A DNA stretch of 63,918 nt, the filler included, from Octopus bimaculoides (lineage: Eukaryota), in assembly GCF_001194135.2 (NCBI RefSeq). It is 9 parts of 9 records of this genome, joined end to end, with 100 filler letters (N's around TTAATTAATTAA, not from the genome) between each part and the next. Parts side by side here need not be neighbours in the genome. Positions count along the whole stretch, not along the records: positions 58,309 to 62,743 come from NC_069003.1; positions 62,844 to 63,918 come from NC_069000.1; 7 more parts are not named here. One strand, 5' to 3'. Position numbers and translations under genes: made by a program. How positions within the stretch are numbered: position 1 is the first letter of the stretch; each line of letters starts with the position of its first letter. Below the pieces are notes generated by a model. It ran no database searches. It had not been told where the DNA came from and saw nothing but the letters and a program-made list of their open reading frames with translations. Positions 62,097-63,918 of this stretch are shown here, piece by piece.

Positions 62097-62260
62097 GGCA
62101 CTGCACACATCCTACGCAAAACACTTTCAATACAGTAACCATAAGAGCATCACAGCAAACCACAGCACATACCCAAGGTACACAGAGCTGCGCTTGGTAG
62201 TGAAGTGAAAGCACGTTATAAAAATAAAACTACTGAACAATAATAATAATAATAATAATT
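62095..62260 (+). mobile_element. 3' end of the 59590-61135 family, embedded in (AAT)n
   Basis: MGTAHILRKTLSIQ*, then GCACACAGAGCTGCGCTTGGTAGTG-like UTR shared with 59620-59680 (minus). Confidence 0.8.
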
Positions 62261-62264
62261 GACG

Positions 62265-62645
62265 CACGTGTAGTTGACAAAGGATGCCATACCTGGGGTT
62301 GACGAAATTGCAACAATGTGGGCAATGAGAAGAGTAATTGTTATCCCAGAAGTTGTAAGGGCACTCGGAGAACTAACAACCAAGTTCAAGAAATATGTCG
62401 GACGAATGAGAGTTGATATGAGGGAAGAGCAGGCCCCCCCCATCCCAAACGGCTCTATTGGGAACAGCTAGGATTTTGAGATTGGTGCTTGGGTGTTGAG
62501 TGTCTTCCACGATAATAAACATCCAAGTACCATGTCTTATAATTTGTGGAAAGAGACCCTGTGAGACCCCTGACAACAGGTTGCTGTCCGCTCGATCAGA
62601 GCAAATAAAACAAAGAGCTCTGAGAAGTTGAATATGATAATAATA
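62265..62645 (+). mobile_element. RLE-LINE 3' end (third family) with an (AAT)n tail
   Basis: MWAMRRVIVIPEVVRALGELTTKFKKY...LLGTARILRLVLGC*. Confidence 0.75.
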
Positions 62646-63070
62646 ATTGTTTAAAATTTTGGCACAAGTCTTGCAATGTTAAGGAATGGACCATAGTCAA
62701 GCGGGTACATTGTTTTATCGATCGCGAAAAGATACTGCAACTGNNNNNNNNNNNNNNNNNNNNNNNNNNNNNNNNNNNNNNNNNNNNTTAATTAATTAAN
62801 NNNNNNNNNNNNNNNNNNNNNNNNNNNNNNNNNNNNNNNNNNNTGAGTTTATGTGTATTTGTAAAAGCTAGAATAGGCCGCTGATATATGGAAAGTGATT
62901 CTTGTCCATTGAGAAATGGTAGATATGGGCATCTATTCCAGAAACAACTATATTCTTGCTCTTATATTTCCATGTTACACTATTTTCTAACATCTCTACA
63001 GTAACAACTCAGCAATTCTTTGCTGTAAACTCGTATTACATGTTTGCTTGTTCTCTCTATACATAAACGG

Positions 63071-63074
<4 letters not shown>

Positions 63075-63130
<56 letters not shown>

Positions 63131-63385
63131 ACACACACATAGAGTTCATTGTACACAGATATTATATTAACTTATATTATATAGAGAACTAGATATATAG
63201 ACAGATTGGTGGATAAATAGGTATGTGCACACCAAACGAAACCGATATATTGATAGACAGTCAGACAGACAGACAGAGAAACAGACAGAGAAACAGAGAG
63301 AGAAGACAGACAGAGAGGACAGACAGAGAGTCAGACAGACAGGTAAGTAGATAGGTAGAGACTCAGACAGACAGACAGATGGACT

Positions 63386-63469
<84 letters not shown>

Positions 63470-63475
63470 CGTGGA
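63075..63475. repeat. (CA)n and (GACA)n/(GATA)n microsatellites; (GA)n also runs from 63860 to the window end
   Basis: Direct reading of the sequence. Confidence 0.95.
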
Positions 63476-63855
63476 TGGATGGTTTCTAATATTCAAAGTT
63501 TGTAGCTATAGATATTGGGTAACGCAATGGAGCGTTGTTCCACTTTCAAAATCGTGTTCGGATGTAGACAGGTAAACGCCACAGATATGCATAGACCGTA
63601 ATAACAAGAAAACGATAAAGTTATTTGCAAAACAGGAGAAAGAGATATCGAGATAGAAATAATGGTAAGAGGAAATTGTGAAATATCAAGCTGGCTGCTT
63701 TTGTCTCGTATAGTTTCCTCATGTCTGATCATCAATAGGATATATAGTATGTCTAAAAGAACAAGAAGAACTAAATATGTATAGAAAATGATAATCGTGA
63801 GAGAGGACACAAAGGGCAGATACAAATCGATGAATAATAAGAGAGAACCAGAGAG

Positions 63856-63918
<63 letters not shown>

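Noticed and set aside
63493-63825. 110-aa hydrophobic ORF on the minus strand
   Set aside because: No recognisable motif or convincing splice structure. Hydrophobic bias is expected from T-rich DNA.

Overview
Eukaryotic genomic DNA: AT-rich, dense in microsatellites and gap-ridden. The SINE families and repeat landscape suggest an octopod cephalopod (inference). Most of the window is decayed mobile DNA: Penelope-like elements (PLEs), CR1, RTE, L1/Tx1 and R4/Dong-type LINE relics, mariner and maT (DD37D) DNA transposon relics, a hAT MITE and at least three tRNA-derived SINE families, often nested. The only convincing host gene is a 3' part with three phase-compatible exons on the + strand (50546-50670, 50996-51230, 51298-51356). 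It encodes about 139 aa of an unidentified, sequon-rich (probably secreted) protein. The best 'second look' signals are: (1) ~200-bp elements sitting in (TA)n tracts that carry minimal type I hammerhead-ribozyme folds with non-canonical cores, plus a second hammerhead family with a canonical core; (2) a mariner built from two left ends, joined at a microhomology and nested in a maT element; (3) a pile-up of RLE-LINE 3' ends and SINEs in (TAA)n arrays at 58.8-62.6 kb. Nearly all long ORFs in the supplied track are microsatellite or N-run artefacts. The TTAATTAATTAA islands inside gaps are assembly linkers. TE boundaries are approximate unless TSDs or TIRs are quoted, and all comparisons were made by eye.
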